A DNA stretch of 43,362 nt from Planctomycetota bacterium. Its GTDB lineage: Bacteria; Planctomycetota; UBA1135; UBA2386. The position numbers were made by a program, and so were the translations under genes. The stretch spans positions 1 to 43,362 of the forward strand of contig JAYZDB010000115.1 in NCBI GenBank assembly GCA_036338025.1, written 5' to 3'. Under the pieces are notes generated by a model. That model saw only the letters and a program-made list of their open reading frames with translations, was not told the origin of the DNA and ran no database searches. Positions 17,047 through 26,865 of the stretch are shown here, one piece after another; positions within the stretch are counted from its first letter, which is position 1, and each line of letters opens with the position of its first letter.

Positions 17047-20000
17047 CTATCGATCGATGTAGAAGCGTTGAATGTGGTGGGAGTAGTGCAACTGCTGTCC
17101 AGCGCGATAGGCCTCGACTCGAATGAGGTAGGCCGACTCGGGATACCCAGCGGAAGGCACTACCCAATGCAGCATCTCCTGGCCCGGGCCCATGTCGGGG
17201 ATCATCAGGGATGGCGATGGACGAGTGCCCGGTTCAGCGACCGTAGAAGTCTCCTGCACGACGCCAGCCACCAACTCCAACTGTATCCAGCTGTTACCGT
17301 TGTCCTTGGAGTACATCAACGAGTATTCAATCGAAGCTTCGTCTTCCGAGAAGGAGCTTGACGTCGACTCAGTGTATTTCTGACCATCCCAACGCAACCA
17401 TTCGAGATCAAAATGCAGATCGATCGACGGCGGGTCGACCAGTTCAGTCAGCTCGTTGGGCGACATGACTTCGACTCGGGGCAACTGCTCGATGCGGTGT
17501 GCAAGTAACGGCGATCCAACCTCGAAGTAAGAGTGGATCATCGCGAGCACCGAGTACTTGGCGATAAATGCCGATCCCACTGCGGTGGTCTGACCAACGC
17601 CACTGACGATGACGTAGGCAGCATTCGTATGCGTGGGGTCCTCGAGTAGGACAAGCCCGGAACCGGTAGCTGCTCCGAAGTCGTAATACTCTTCGAGCAT
17701 CGAAGCGTGGAAGCGGTTGGTGGAATACGGCGCGAAGGTCCACTCCGGCGGAACGGTGCCGGGGGCGTTGACGGCAAAGGGCCGGTTCACATAAATCGAG
17801 GCGGGCAACGGGAAGTTGTAGTTACTCGCCAACTCCAAACCTGGCCCGACCAAGGGCGAAGTGGTAGCCGAAAAGAAATGACTGAAGTGCGCACCGCTCG
17901 TGCCGTTATTCATGAAGGACACACATCCGACAGTCGACAGAATCTGCTTGCCTGAGTTGAAGTTTGTCCCATGTGCCCGCAAGCGGGTGGTGTTGTCCTG
18001 GCAGGCGTAGTCTTCAACACGGTAGAACTCCGTGGAGCCCCCCGTACCGGCGATCAAGTTGCCTGCGGTCTCCCACTGGGACGTCATCACGCTCGAAGGA
18101 TACAACTCGCCCAACCAGGGCATGCAGTACCAGAAGTCGGTCTCACTTCGAGCATCCCTTACATACCGCCGATTGCCCGTGATGTTGTTGACGAACCCCA
18201 CCTCCGACGGCCCCCCACCAAAGGGCAGCAAGTTGGTCGGAATCGAGTTCATGTAGCCGTTGGCAATATCGAAACCAATCTCGTTGCCAACCCCCATGTA
18301 GTAGTAGGAGTAGCCGGTGAGGGTCGTGTACACCGCCTTCGAGTTGACCAGACCAGAACGGAACATCTCGAAGTAGCGCGGTAGGTCCTGACGAACCGAA
18401 GCATTCCAACGGTCGAACTTTCGCACGATGCCCGGAAAGTCCACGGTGATGTCGGAGTCGAAATCGTCGAAGAACCAGTTGTAGCCGTCCCCGTAGTCCG
18501 GATCGCCGTTGAGAAGATCCTTGTAGGGATTGAACCGGGGATCACCGCAAAACTGTGAGCGTTCGGTGAACGGTACCGCTTCCCTTGTCCCCCCCCAATA
18601 CACGTAGGTCTCGGACATGTTGTCGGGATCCTGCGGGGCGGGGTACATCTTGCCTGGTTGCTCCGGCCAGACAGTCGCACTTCCGAAGATCCAAGTCCGC
18701 ACGGTCATGCGAACGTCGCCGGTTGGCGCCGCACTTAGCGGAGTGCCATCCTCCTCATACCACCGTCCGCTGTCGGCCAGCAACTCCTTGGGTAGCTTGA
18801 TTCGCCAGCGTGCAGTGTTCTTCGGTCCGTCGCCGACCGCTGCCAGGTCACGCGTAAAGTCCTTGTCGCGAGTCGGCGCCGGGTTGTACTCCAATCCGTA
18901 GAGATGGGATCGGTCGTTGTTGAATAGACCCTGCGTTCCGGGGGGGCCAGTGACGGCATCCGCGCGAACCGGTGTATTGGCCAGATATACCCGTGTGAAC
19001 TTGCGACCATTGCCAAGCGAGCCAAAGTACATGAAGTACCGCATCGACGGCTCGGGCTCCCAGGGATAGGGGGCCGAGTAGTAGTGCGGGGCGGACGGAA
19101 ATGCGGGATCCGTCATCCCAACAGCGGGATAGTCCTTCGATCCGTCGACGGTGACGCCGCCAGACATGGCGCGGATCCAGCCATCATCGTGGAAAGGAAA
19201 ATAGCTCGTCGAGCCTCCGGTCACCTCGGTCCCCGTCAGATTGACGTCCATGAAGTCCACCATGATGTAACCAGCGGTCGACTCCGGATCCGTGTAGTAC
19301 AAGTCCGGATCAGACGACCAGCAATAGACCCGCAGGTAAGCGTCGTCGGCTGTGTCGGTCCGTAGCTCTTCGGCGTGAGTCACTGTTCGCAGTCCAGGAG
19401 CTGACGAACTCTTTGCGGGGTCCGAGTAGTTGCGGATCGCCGGCATCGGTACCAGTTCGCCGTGCAGGTTGACAAGGAGCGCGTGCCGGTATCTCTCCGG
19501 GTCCGTGTTCATGTCCTCGAGCAGCAAGCGCAATGTCGGTTCCTCAGACATGTCCGAAAGCTCCGCCGGTGGCACGGTATTGGCCTGCAGCGCCGCACGA
19601 ATCTCTGCCTTCCTGTCCTTGATCGCCTGGATCCGGCGAGCGTGTAACTCACGCTCTTTCGGCAAGCGCATGCTGTGGTTGTAGAAGTCAGCCAGCGCAT
19701 AGGGATGCGGATTGGTATCCGCGTTGTAGTCGTTCATGAACGTCCCATCCTGGTTGATCCGCGCGTCGATCATGGAAGGGACGTAGTAGAAGCTCGACGC
19801 ATTGCCATCCGGCATCGTACCTGGGTAGTAGTAGGCGTATGGCACGGTCTGGTGACTGTCGAGGTCACTGTTGATGAACGGCGTGTACTGCTCGTTGCGG
19901 CCGTAGCTCACCTTGGTGACCCAATGCGTGCGCAGCGACAAGCCGGGATTGCGGCTCTCGAGATCGGTGATCGCTGCTTCTACCGAGGGCACGATGTTCT

Positions 20001-20628
20001 CCATGTAGACCCACCAACCCGGAATGTTCTCGAGTGCTAGCAGGTAGACGTCGTAGACCTGCGTAGTGGGGAAGCCCGAGCTCACGGAATTCACCACCGA
20101 TGACAAGGACGCGACCTCGTTCTCGTCCCCCATTCCATTGCGGTGGAAGATAGTGACGGTCACGTAACGAACACTCCGGTTTTGGATACTCGCGAACGGA
20201 CGTACACTGATCCGTCGGTACCACGCCCAACCGGTATTCCCCATCGTATTGCCTGACAGCGGGCTGTCGGGTGGGATCGGCACGCCACCCGGGGCTTCGA
20301 TGCTGAGCACCGGATTGTTGAACAGGCCGTCGTCGAACACATCGAGATCGATCGCTGCCGTGGTGGCACCAGAATCCACCAGGGCGTGCATTTCAGCCAG
20401 GATTGCCTGGGCCTTGGTGTAGGCAAACACTCGTTCGCGGTGCATCCGAGACGAGGAGTAGCTGATGGTCAAATGCTGCAGCAAGGCAATCGCCACCACC
20501 GAGAAGATCGTGACCGCGATCATCATCTCCACCAGGGTAAACCCCGTTTGATGAGGGCTGGCCGCAGGGCGTCTCCCGGGCGGTGGAGGAACGGTTGGAA
20601 TGAGACTTCGCATGCTCGAGGGTGCCAT
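17047..20628 (-). CDS. Giant prepilin-type protein (PilV/GspI-like N-terminus plus ~1000 aa uncharacterised extension)
   Basis: HQTG|FTLVEMMIAVTIFSVVAIALL class III signal; 1164 aa after cleavage. Start is 20628 or 20613. Confidence 0.85.
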   Translation of the reverse strand: MAPSSMRSLIPTVPPPPGRRPAASPHQTGFTLVEMMIAVTIFSVVAIALLQHLTISYSSSRMHRERVFAYTKAQAILAEMHALVDSGATTAAIDLDVFDDGLFNNPVLSIEAPGGVPIPPDSPLSGNTMGNTGWAWYRRISVRPFASIQNRSVRYVTVTIFHRNGMGDENEVASLSSVVNSVSSGFPTTQVYDVYLLALENIPGWWVYMENIVPSVEAAITDLESRNPGLSLRTHWVTKVSYGRNEQYTPFINSDLDSHQTVPYAYYYPGTMPDGNASSFYYVPSMIDARINQDGTFMNDYNADTNPHPYALADFYNHSMRLPKERELHARRIQAIKDRKAEIRAALQANTVPPAELSDMSEEPTLRLLLEDMNTDPERYRHALLVNLHGELVPMPAIRNYSDPAKSSSAPGLRTVTHAEELRTDTADDAYLRVYCWSSDPDLYYTDPESTAGYIMVDFMDVNLTGTEVTGGSTSYFPFHDDGWIRAMSGGVTVDGSKDYPAVGMTDPAFPSAPHYYSAPYPWEPEPSMRYFMYFGSLGNGRKFTRVYLANTPVRADAVTGPPGTQGLFNNDRSHLYGLEYNPAPTRDKDFTRDLAAVGDGPKNTARWRIKLPKELLADSGRWYEEDGTPLSAAPTGDVRMTVRTWIFGSATVWPEQPGKMYPAPQDPDNMSETYVYWGGTREAVPFTERSQFCGDPRFNPYKDLLNGDPDYGDGYNWFFDDFDSDITVDFPGIVRKFDRWNASVRQDLPRYFEMFRSGLVNSKAVYTTLTGYSYYYMGVGNEIGFDIANGYMNSIPTNLLPFGGGPSEVGFVNNITGNRRYVRDARSETDFWYCMPWLGELYPSSVMTSQWETAGNLIAGTGGSTEFYRVEDYACQDNTTRLRAHGTNFNSGKQILSTVGCVSFMNNGTSGAHFSHFFSATTSPLVGPGLELASNYNFPLPASIYVNRPFAVNAPGTVPPEWTFAPYSTNRFHASMLEEYYDFGAATGSGLVLLEDPTHTNAAYVIVSGVGQTTAVGSAFIAKYSVLAMIHSYFEVGSPLLAHRIEQLPRVEVMSPNELTELVDPPSIDLHFDLEWLRWDGQKYTESTSSSFSEDEASIEYSLMYSKDNGNSWIQLELVAGVVQETSTVAEPGTRPSPSLMIPDMGPGQEMLHWVVPSAGYPESAYLIRVEAYRAGQQLHYSHHIQRFYIDR

Positions 20629-20782
20629 CTTGACCTGGTGCCCTGTTCCGCCGCGACCCGCCGGCCGTGGCGCCAAGGACCAGTCCTTCGTATCGACACG
20701 ATCCGTCTAGAAATCGAGACATGTCCGAACCCCTGTTCCGTTTCTGGACACATGCCTACCAAATCCCCACTGCGACCGGACA

Positions 20783-22774
20783 ATGCTCTGCACCATGTTG
20801 TTGCCCTACCTGTCTGCTGCAGTGATCTCGCTACCACCCCAACACCCCCCGCCTTCGGCGGAGGAGCAGGTGCTCATTGACACGGTACGGCCCGAAAAGG
20901 CCCGCGAACACCTGCAGAAGCTGACCGCCAGGCCGCACATCGCAGGTTCCCCGGCAGACCTCGACACGGCACGCTACGTCCAGAGGGTCCTGGACCAGGC
21001 CGGCTTCGAGACCGAGATCGAGGAGTTCCAGGTCCTCTTGTCGCAAGCCCGGTCGGTGTCCTTGGAAGTCGACGGTCGCCCTCTGGACCTACGGGAGCAG
21101 CCATTCCCGTGGCAGGCCGACACCCTCGAACAACACCCTTGCATGCATACCTTCAATGGCTACTCAGCTTCCGGCGAAGTCGAGGCCGAAGTCGTCTACG
21201 CCTACTACGGCCGACTAGCGGACTTCGAATGGCTCGACCACAAGGGTATCGACGTAGCCGGCAAGATCTGCCTGATCCGCTACGGCAAGATCTTCCGGGG
21301 TCTCAAGGTGCGGGAGGCGGAGCGACGTGGCGCCAAGGGCGTACTCCTCTACTCGGACCCCGACGATGACGGCTACCGCAAGGGCGACGTCTATCCCCTT
21401 GGCCCCTACCGTAACCGCACCGGAGTCCAACGGGGATCGGTCATGTACATCAGCCACCAGGTCGGCGATCCATTGACGCCTGGTTGGGCCGCGGTCAAAG
21501 GCGCCAAGCGACTGAAACGTGAAGAGTGCACCTGGCTCCCGAAAATCCCCTGCATGCCGATCTCCTGGGGCAATGCCCTGGTAATCCTGCGCAACACGAG
21601 GGGCCCCGGCGTACCAACGGATTGGCAGGGCGGGTGTCCAACCACCTACCACACCGGTCCAGGCCCTGCGAAGGCCCTGATGAACGTCCAGATGCACGAA
21701 GCCATCCGGCCAGTCTGGAACGTCTTGGGGCGCCTGCGTACCGCCAAGACCTCCGACAAGTTCGTGCTGATCGGCAACCACCGTGATGCATGGGTCTTTG
21801 GCGCCAACGATCCAAACAGTGGCAGCGCCGTTTCACTGGAGTCCATGCGAGCTTTGGGGGCCCTGGTCAAGAAGGGTTGGCAACCACGTATCGAGATTCG
21901 CTACGCCAGCTGGGACGCAGAGGAACAAGGTCTGATCGGCAGCACCGAGCACGCCGAAAAGCACGCCTCCGAGCTGCAAGCGAAATGCCTCGCCTACTTC
22001 AACTGTGATTCCGCGGTCAGCGGCGGTCGCTTCACGGGCAGCTCCACCCCAGAGCTGGTCGGTGTGCTGGCTTATGCCGCCGCCCGCACTCCCGCCCACG
22101 ACGGCAAGGGCCGAATCCTGACCCGCTGGGCCCGCGGCGGCACACGACCTCCGGTGGGCAACCTCGGGAGCGGCTCGGACTACACCGCGTTCCTTTGCCA
22201 CCTGGGCATTCCAGCCTTTGATGTCTCGTCCCGGGGCGGCCACGGCACCTACCACAGCATCTTCGACAACTTTGACAACGTCTCGAGACACCTCGACAAG
22301 GGCTTCGAAATTCATGCGTCCGTCGCACGCTTCCTGGCGATCGCTGCCCACCACTTCGCCAGCTCAGAAGTCGCACCGATCGACTTGCGCGACGTCGGTC
22401 CCTATCTGGTCAGCTGTAGAGCAACCCTGAACGACCTGCCTCCCGCATCCGGCAAAGCGCTGGATGCGGCCATCGACAAGTTCCGGCGCGCGGTCACTGG
22501 GCACACCACCACCGAGGACCAGATGATCGCCATGCACCAGGCGTTCCTTGATCCCAGGGGCATCGCAGGGCGCCCCTGGTACCGCAACCTGCTGGTCGCG
22601 CCAGGGCGCAACCTGGGTTACGGCGCAACCGTCATGCCGGGTATCTCGGAGGCCCTGGCCGATCTGGCCGCGGCCGACGACACAATGAAAGAAGCAGCCA
22701 AGAAACACGTCGAAGACGAGGTGCGCCGGATGATCCGTTGCATCAACACAGCCACCGCCATTCTCTTGGACTGA
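20783..22774 (+). CDS. M28 family peptidase, glutamate carboxypeptidase II-like (PA + M28 + TfR dimerisation domains)
   Basis: PHIAGS, PA domain (YG…RG.KV…YSDP), GNHRDAW, GANDPNSG, SWDAEEQGLIGS, LGSGSDY..F and YHS..D motifs; signal-peptide-like N-terminus. Confidence 0.9.
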   Translation: MLCTMLLPYLSAAVISLPPQHPPPSAEEQVLIDTVRPEKAREHLQKLTARPHIAGSPADLDTARYVQRVLDQAGFETEIEEFQVLLSQARSVSLEVDGRPLDLREQPFPWQADTLEQHPCMHTFNGYSASGEVEAEVVYAYYGRLADFEWLDHKGIDVAGKICLIRYGKIFRGLKVREAERRGAKGVLLYSDPDDDGYRKGDVYPLGPYRNRTGVQRGSVMYISHQVGDPLTPGWAAVKGAKRLKREECTWLPKIPCMPISWGNALVILRNTRGPGVPTDWQGGCPTTYHTGPGPAKALMNVQMHEAIRPVWNVLGRLRTAKTSDKFVLIGNHRDAWVFGANDPNSGSAVSLESMRALGALVKKGWQPRIEIRYASWDAEEQGLIGSTEHAEKHASELQAKCLAYFNCDSAVSGGRFTGSSTPELVGVLAYAAARTPAHDGKGRILTRWARGGTRPPVGNLGSGSDYTAFLCHLGIPAFDVSSRGGHGTYHSIFDNFDNVSRHLDKGFEIHASVARFLAIAAHHFASSEVAPIDLRDVGPYLVSCRATLNDLPPASGKALDAAIDKFRRAVTGHTTTEDQMIAMHQAFLDPRGIAGRPWYRNLLVAPGRNLGYGATVMPGISEALADLAAADDTMKEAAKKHVEDEVRRMIRCINTATAILLD

Positions 22775-22781
22775 CCCGCCG

Positions 22782-24557
22782 TTGTTTGGATTCCTGACGA
22801 GCTACCGCCGCCCACTCCGGATGCTCGCGCGGCACCGCCTCGCGATCTGCGGTGGCGTACTGATGGTGGCCGGGTTCTCGCTGATCAGGATCTGGATGGC
22901 GCGGGTGATCGGCAACACCATCGACGGACTGGGGACCCCGACGCAGGACGCCATCAACCTGCTCGCCATCAACACCGGCATGCTATGTGGTCTGGTCGTG
23001 GCCGAGGCCAGCTGTCGCTACTTCGGTCGCCGTTGGATCATCGATGCTTCCCGCCACATCGAAGCTCGACTCAAGAACCAACTGATGGAGCACATGTCGC
23101 GCCTGCCGGTGGCATGGTACGACCGGGCACAGACCGGCGACCTGTTGAGCCGACTGACCCAGGACGTCGAACTTCTGCGGTTTCTGATCGGACCAAGCAT
23201 CCTCTACGGCACGCAGATCCTCGTCACGATACCGGTCGGCATCTACGTCATGGGCCAGATTTCATCGACCGTGACGTTCGCGATCCTGGGAGCCTTCGGC
23301 GCTCTACTGTTGGCGATGCTGGTGCTGATGCCCCGCCTGCAGAAATACAGCAAGCGCGTCCAGGAAGACATCGCCGACATCTCACAGCACGCGCAGGAGA
23401 GTTTCTCGGGCATCCGTGTGCTCCTCAACTTCGCCAGCTCACGTGTGTTCTGCGGTCGGATCGACGCCCTGAACAACCGCTACGTCGCCGACAACATGGC
23501 GATGACCAGATTTCGTGCCAGCGTTCATCTGGTGATCCACTTCTGTACGGATCTGGTGATGCTGTCGGTCTTGGTGTTCGGACTGACCGAGGTCATCGAG
23601 GGCCGGATGTCCAGGGGCAATCTGATCGAGTTCATCACCATCATGGGCTACCTGGTATGGCCATTGATCGCCGCCGGCTGGATCCTCGGCGTGATCCACC
23701 GCGCCCGCGCCGCCGCCGAACGGGTCGACGAGGTGTTCGACGAACTACCCGAACCCGACGGCGGCGAGCAGGTCGAGTTGGTCGGCGCAATCGAAGTCCG
23801 CAACCTGACGTTCACCTATCCGGGCGAAAGTCGTCCGGCGCTCTCGGGCATCGATTTCCAGCTCGCAGCGGGCCAGAAACTCGGTCTGGTCGGAGAAGTC
23901 GGTTGTGGCAAGAGCACGCTGCTACACCTGCTGTTGCGGCTCTACGACCCACCGCGTGGCACCATCTTCGTCGACGGTCACGACATCCTCGACCTTGACC
24001 TGCGCTGCCTACGGAGGCTCTTCGCCTTCGCTCCGCAGGACCCGTTCCTGTTCAGTGACACGGTGGCGGACAACATCCGTTTCGGCAACGCCACCAGCGG
24101 CCAGAGCGAGACTGACTCGATCGCCGAAGCAGTGCGCAGCGCGGCCTTGGAGCAGGATCTCGCCGCATTCACCGATGGCCTCGAGACCGTGATCGGCGAG
24201 CGAGGAGTCACACTGTCGGGAGGCCAGAAGCAACGGGTGTCGTTGGCGCGGGCCCTGGCCGCGGAACGGCCAGCCGTCATCCTGGATGACACCTTGTCGG
24301 CGGTCGACCACCAGACCGAGTCACGCATCCTCGAACGTCTGCATGGCACCGAGCAGGACAAGACGATCCTGGTCGCCAGCCACCGGCTCTCGGCCCTGGC
24401 CGGGGCGGACCTGATTCTGGTCTTGAAGAACGGCGAGGTCATCGAACAGGGTCACCATCGAGATCTCTGCCGGGGCAGCGGACCGTTCGCCCAGGCATGG
24501 GCGCTGCAGCTGGAAGCCCGCGCACTCGGCGGCGAAGGGGGTTCCCTCGATGGCTAG
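22782..24557 (+). CDS. ABC exporter half-transporter (TMD+NBD), MdlA/TM287-like subunit
   Basis: Hydrophobic TMD, Walker A GEVGCGKS, signature LSGGQKQR, and a Walker B ILDD that lacks the catalytic Glu. Start is 22782 (TTG) or 22821 (ATG). Confidence 0.9.
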   Translation: MFGFLTSYRRPLRMLARHRLAICGGVLMVAGFSLIRIWMARVIGNTIDGLGTPTQDAINLLAINTGMLCGLVVAEASCRYFGRRWIIDASRHIEARLKNQLMEHMSRLPVAWYDRAQTGDLLSRLTQDVELLRFLIGPSILYGTQILVTIPVGIYVMGQISSTVTFAILGAFGALLLAMLVLMPRLQKYSKRVQEDIADISQHAQESFSGIRVLLNFASSRVFCGRIDALNNRYVADNMAMTRFRASVHLVIHFCTDLVMLSVLVFGLTEVIEGRMSRGNLIEFITIMGYLVWPLIAAGWILGVIHRARAAAERVDEVFDELPEPDGGEQVELVGAIEVRNLTFTYPGESRPALSGIDFQLAAGQKLGLVGEVGCGKSTLLHLLLRLYDPPRGTIFVDGHDILDLDLRCLRRLFAFAPQDPFLFSDTVADNIRFGNATSGQSETDSIAEAVRSAALEQDLAAFTDGLETVIGERGVTLSGGQKQRVSLARALAAERPAVILDDTLSAVDHQTESRILERLHGTEQDKTILVASHRLSALAGADLILVLKNGEVIEQGHHRDLCRGSGPFAQAWALQLEARALGGEGGSLDG

Positions 24558-26361
24558 ATTCGCTGGCCACCAGCAAGAGAAGGACTACCACGCGTTGGAC
24601 CTGCAACTGGCCGTTCGAATCTGGCCGTTCTTGCGTCCCTACCGGTTGGCCTTCGGTCTGTGTCTGCTGAGCCTGTTCCTCTCCTTCGGGCTCGAAGTCC
24701 TACGCCCTTACCTGATCCGCCTGGCGGTCGATGGCCCGGTTGCCACGATTACGCCCGGCGATGACGCCGACTACTCGGAGTTGTGGACCATCGGCTTGTG
24801 GTTCTTGCTGTCGTCCTTGATTTCGATTGGTATCGGCTACTTCTACACCTACGCAACAAGCCTGAACGCGCAACGTGTGATCCGCGACGTCCGCAACCAC
24901 GTCTACAAGCATCTGCTGCGTGTCAGCCCACGGTTCTTCGATAGCCAACCGGTCGGCAAGCTGGTCACGCGCATCACCACCGACGTCGAGAACCTGAACG
25001 AGTTGATCGCAACAGGAGTACTGCAGACCGTCTTCGATCTGCTCAAGGTATTCGGGATGGTCGCCGTCATGTATCTCATCGACTGGCGGCTGGCTACCTT
25101 CCTGCTAGCTGCGATCCCGATCCTGGTCGCCACCAGCTTGTTCTTCCGCAGGTTTGCCCGGGACTCTTTTCGTCAGGTGCGCGGTGCGCAGGCGCGGCTG
25201 AATGGCTTCGCTGCCGAGGCCGTTGGGGGCGTGAGCGCGACACGGATCTTCGGCCAGCAGGAACTCGTCCTGTCACACTTCGACCAACTCAACGAGGCAA
25301 CCAAAAAGTCGTGGCTACGGACCGTCTTCCACTTCTCGCTGTTCTTCTCCATCGTCGACATGGTGGTCCACCTCATGCAGGCCGGCCTGGTCTACTTCGG
25401 TGGCCTGCTGATCCTGGAGGACAGCATGACCTTCGGGACATTTCTGCAGTTCTGGATCTACTCGTCCATGCTGACCGAACCGATCAAGCAGCTCGGTGAG
25501 AAGTACAATGTCCTGCAATCCGCCTTCGCCAGCGCCGAACGGATCTTCCAGATCCTGGACGAAGACATCTCGCCGACAAGCTCGAGTACACCCAAGCAAC
25601 TTGCGCGTGGCCCCTCCGAAATCCGGTGCGAGGGCCTGCGCTTCGCCTACAAGGCGGATCAACCCGTAATCGACGGCATCGAACTCACGATTCCCGCCGC
25701 CACCCGAACCGCGATCGTCGGCCCGACCGGCGCCGGCAAAAGCACCTTGCTTTCCATGTTGTCACGGATGCAGGATCCGGACGCCGGACGAATCCTCCTG
25801 AACGGCACTGACATCAAGGAACTCGATCTCGACGATCTGCGGCGGCGGATCGCAGTCGTGCCCCAAGACGTATTCCTGTTCCAAGGCTCCGTGATGGACA
25901 ACGTCCGACTATTCGACGAGTCCATCAGTGAGCAACGCGTACGGGACGCGCTCGCCACTCTCGGTGCCCTCGATTTCGTGCTCGCGCGACAAGGCGGCCT
26001 GCATGGTAAGATAGAAGAGCGCGGCGCCACGCTCTCCCAGGGTGAGAAGCAGTTGTTGTCATTCGCGCGCGCACTGGCCACAGACCCGGACATCCTGGTC
26101 CTCGATGAAGCGACTGCCAGCATCGACACCCAGAGTGAGGTCCGAATCCAGAAAGCGCTGCAGACTCTCCTGCACAACCGAACCTGTATCGTCGTCGCCC
26201 ACCGTCTCTCGACAGTCCGAGATGCTGACCAGATCCTGGTGATGCGCCAGGGGACGATCACCGAACGCGGGACTCACCAGGAACTACTCTCAAGCGGCGG
26301 GCTTTACGCAGAGATGCTTCGCCACGCAGCCGGAGCCAGTAGCGACCCGGACCCGCACTAA
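24550..26361 (+). CDS. ABC exporter half-transporter (TMD+NBD), MdlB/TM288-like subunit
   Basis: GPTGAGKS, degenerate signature LSQGEKQL, canonical LVLDEAT and AHRLST. Overlaps the partner gene by 8 nt. Together the two form a heterodimer with one degenerate ATP site. Confidence 0.92.
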   Translation: MARFAGHQQEKDYHALDLQLAVRIWPFLRPYRLAFGLCLLSLFLSFGLEVLRPYLIRLAVDGPVATITPGDDADYSELWTIGLWFLLSSLISIGIGYFYTYATSLNAQRVIRDVRNHVYKHLLRVSPRFFDSQPVGKLVTRITTDVENLNELIATGVLQTVFDLLKVFGMVAVMYLIDWRLATFLLAAIPILVATSLFFRRFARDSFRQVRGAQARLNGFAAEAVGGVSATRIFGQQELVLSHFDQLNEATKKSWLRTVFHFSLFFSIVDMVVHLMQAGLVYFGGLLILEDSMTFGTFLQFWIYSSMLTEPIKQLGEKYNVLQSAFASAERIFQILDEDISPTSSSTPKQLARGPSEIRCEGLRFAYKADQPVIDGIELTIPAATRTAIVGPTGAGKSTLLSMLSRMQDPDAGRILLNGTDIKELDLDDLRRRIAVVPQDVFLFQGSVMDNVRLFDESISEQRVRDALATLGALDFVLARQGGLHGKIEERGATLSQGEKQLLSFARALATDPDILVLDEATASIDTQSEVRIQKALQTLLHNRTCIVVAHRLSTVRDADQILVMRQGTITERGTHQELLSSGGLYAEMLRHAAGASSDPDPH

Positions 26362-26386
26362 GATGGCCGCAGAGGAATCCACCAGG

Positions 26387-26415
26387 GTGCATCCCGGGCC
26401 ACTGCCGGCTACGTT
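26387..26415 (+). promoter_or_regulatory. Possible sigma70 promoter of the globin gene (leaderless)
   Basis: GTGCAT-N17-TACGTT-N6-ATG. Confidence 0.4.
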
Positions 26416-26421
26416 CAAGTC

Positions 26422-26802
26422 ATGGATGACCCCGTAGCCCACGTCAGCGCCAGCGTCGGAGAGACTCTGATCATCGCTACGGTCGCCGCCTTCTATCGGC
26501 GCGTAGCGGTCGATGAGATTCTTCGGCCGATGTACCCCGGGACGGACCTCACCGCCGCTGAACAACGACTTGCAGATTTTCTGGTCGGTCGGTTCGGCGG
26601 ATCTCAACGCTACGTGGAGACACGTGGACATCCACGGTTGCGCATGCGGCACGCCCGATTCCCCATCGACATGGCCGCGCGTGACCGGTGGATGAAGTTG
26701 ATGAACGAGGCGATGCAAGAGGTCGGGTTCCCCGAACCAGAGCGTACCCGGGTACGCGAGTTCCTCGCCGGGGTAGCATCCTTCGTGATCAACCGCGGCT
26801 AG
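26422..26802 (+). CDS. Group II truncated haemoglobin (GlbO-like)
   Basis: FY..V..D.ILRPMYP, FL...FGG...Y...RGHPRLRMRH..FPI...ARDRW motifs. Confidence 0.92.
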   Translation: MDDPVAHVSASVGETLIIATVAAFYRRVAVDEILRPMYPGTDLTAAEQRLADFLVGRFGGSQRYVETRGHPRLRMRHARFPIDMAARDRWMKLMNEAMQEVGFPEPERTRVREFLAGVASFVINRG

Positions 26803-26865
26803 CAACCTGACAAAACCGCGGCGCCGCCATGGGTTCTGTGCCAAAGGCGTAGCCACGCTAGTCCA

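Noticed and set aside
20783-22774. Eukaryote-like PSMA/GCPII architecture taken as evidence of horizontal transfer
   Set aside because: PA-M28-TfR proteins are well known in bacteria, and the composition matches the neighbouring genes.
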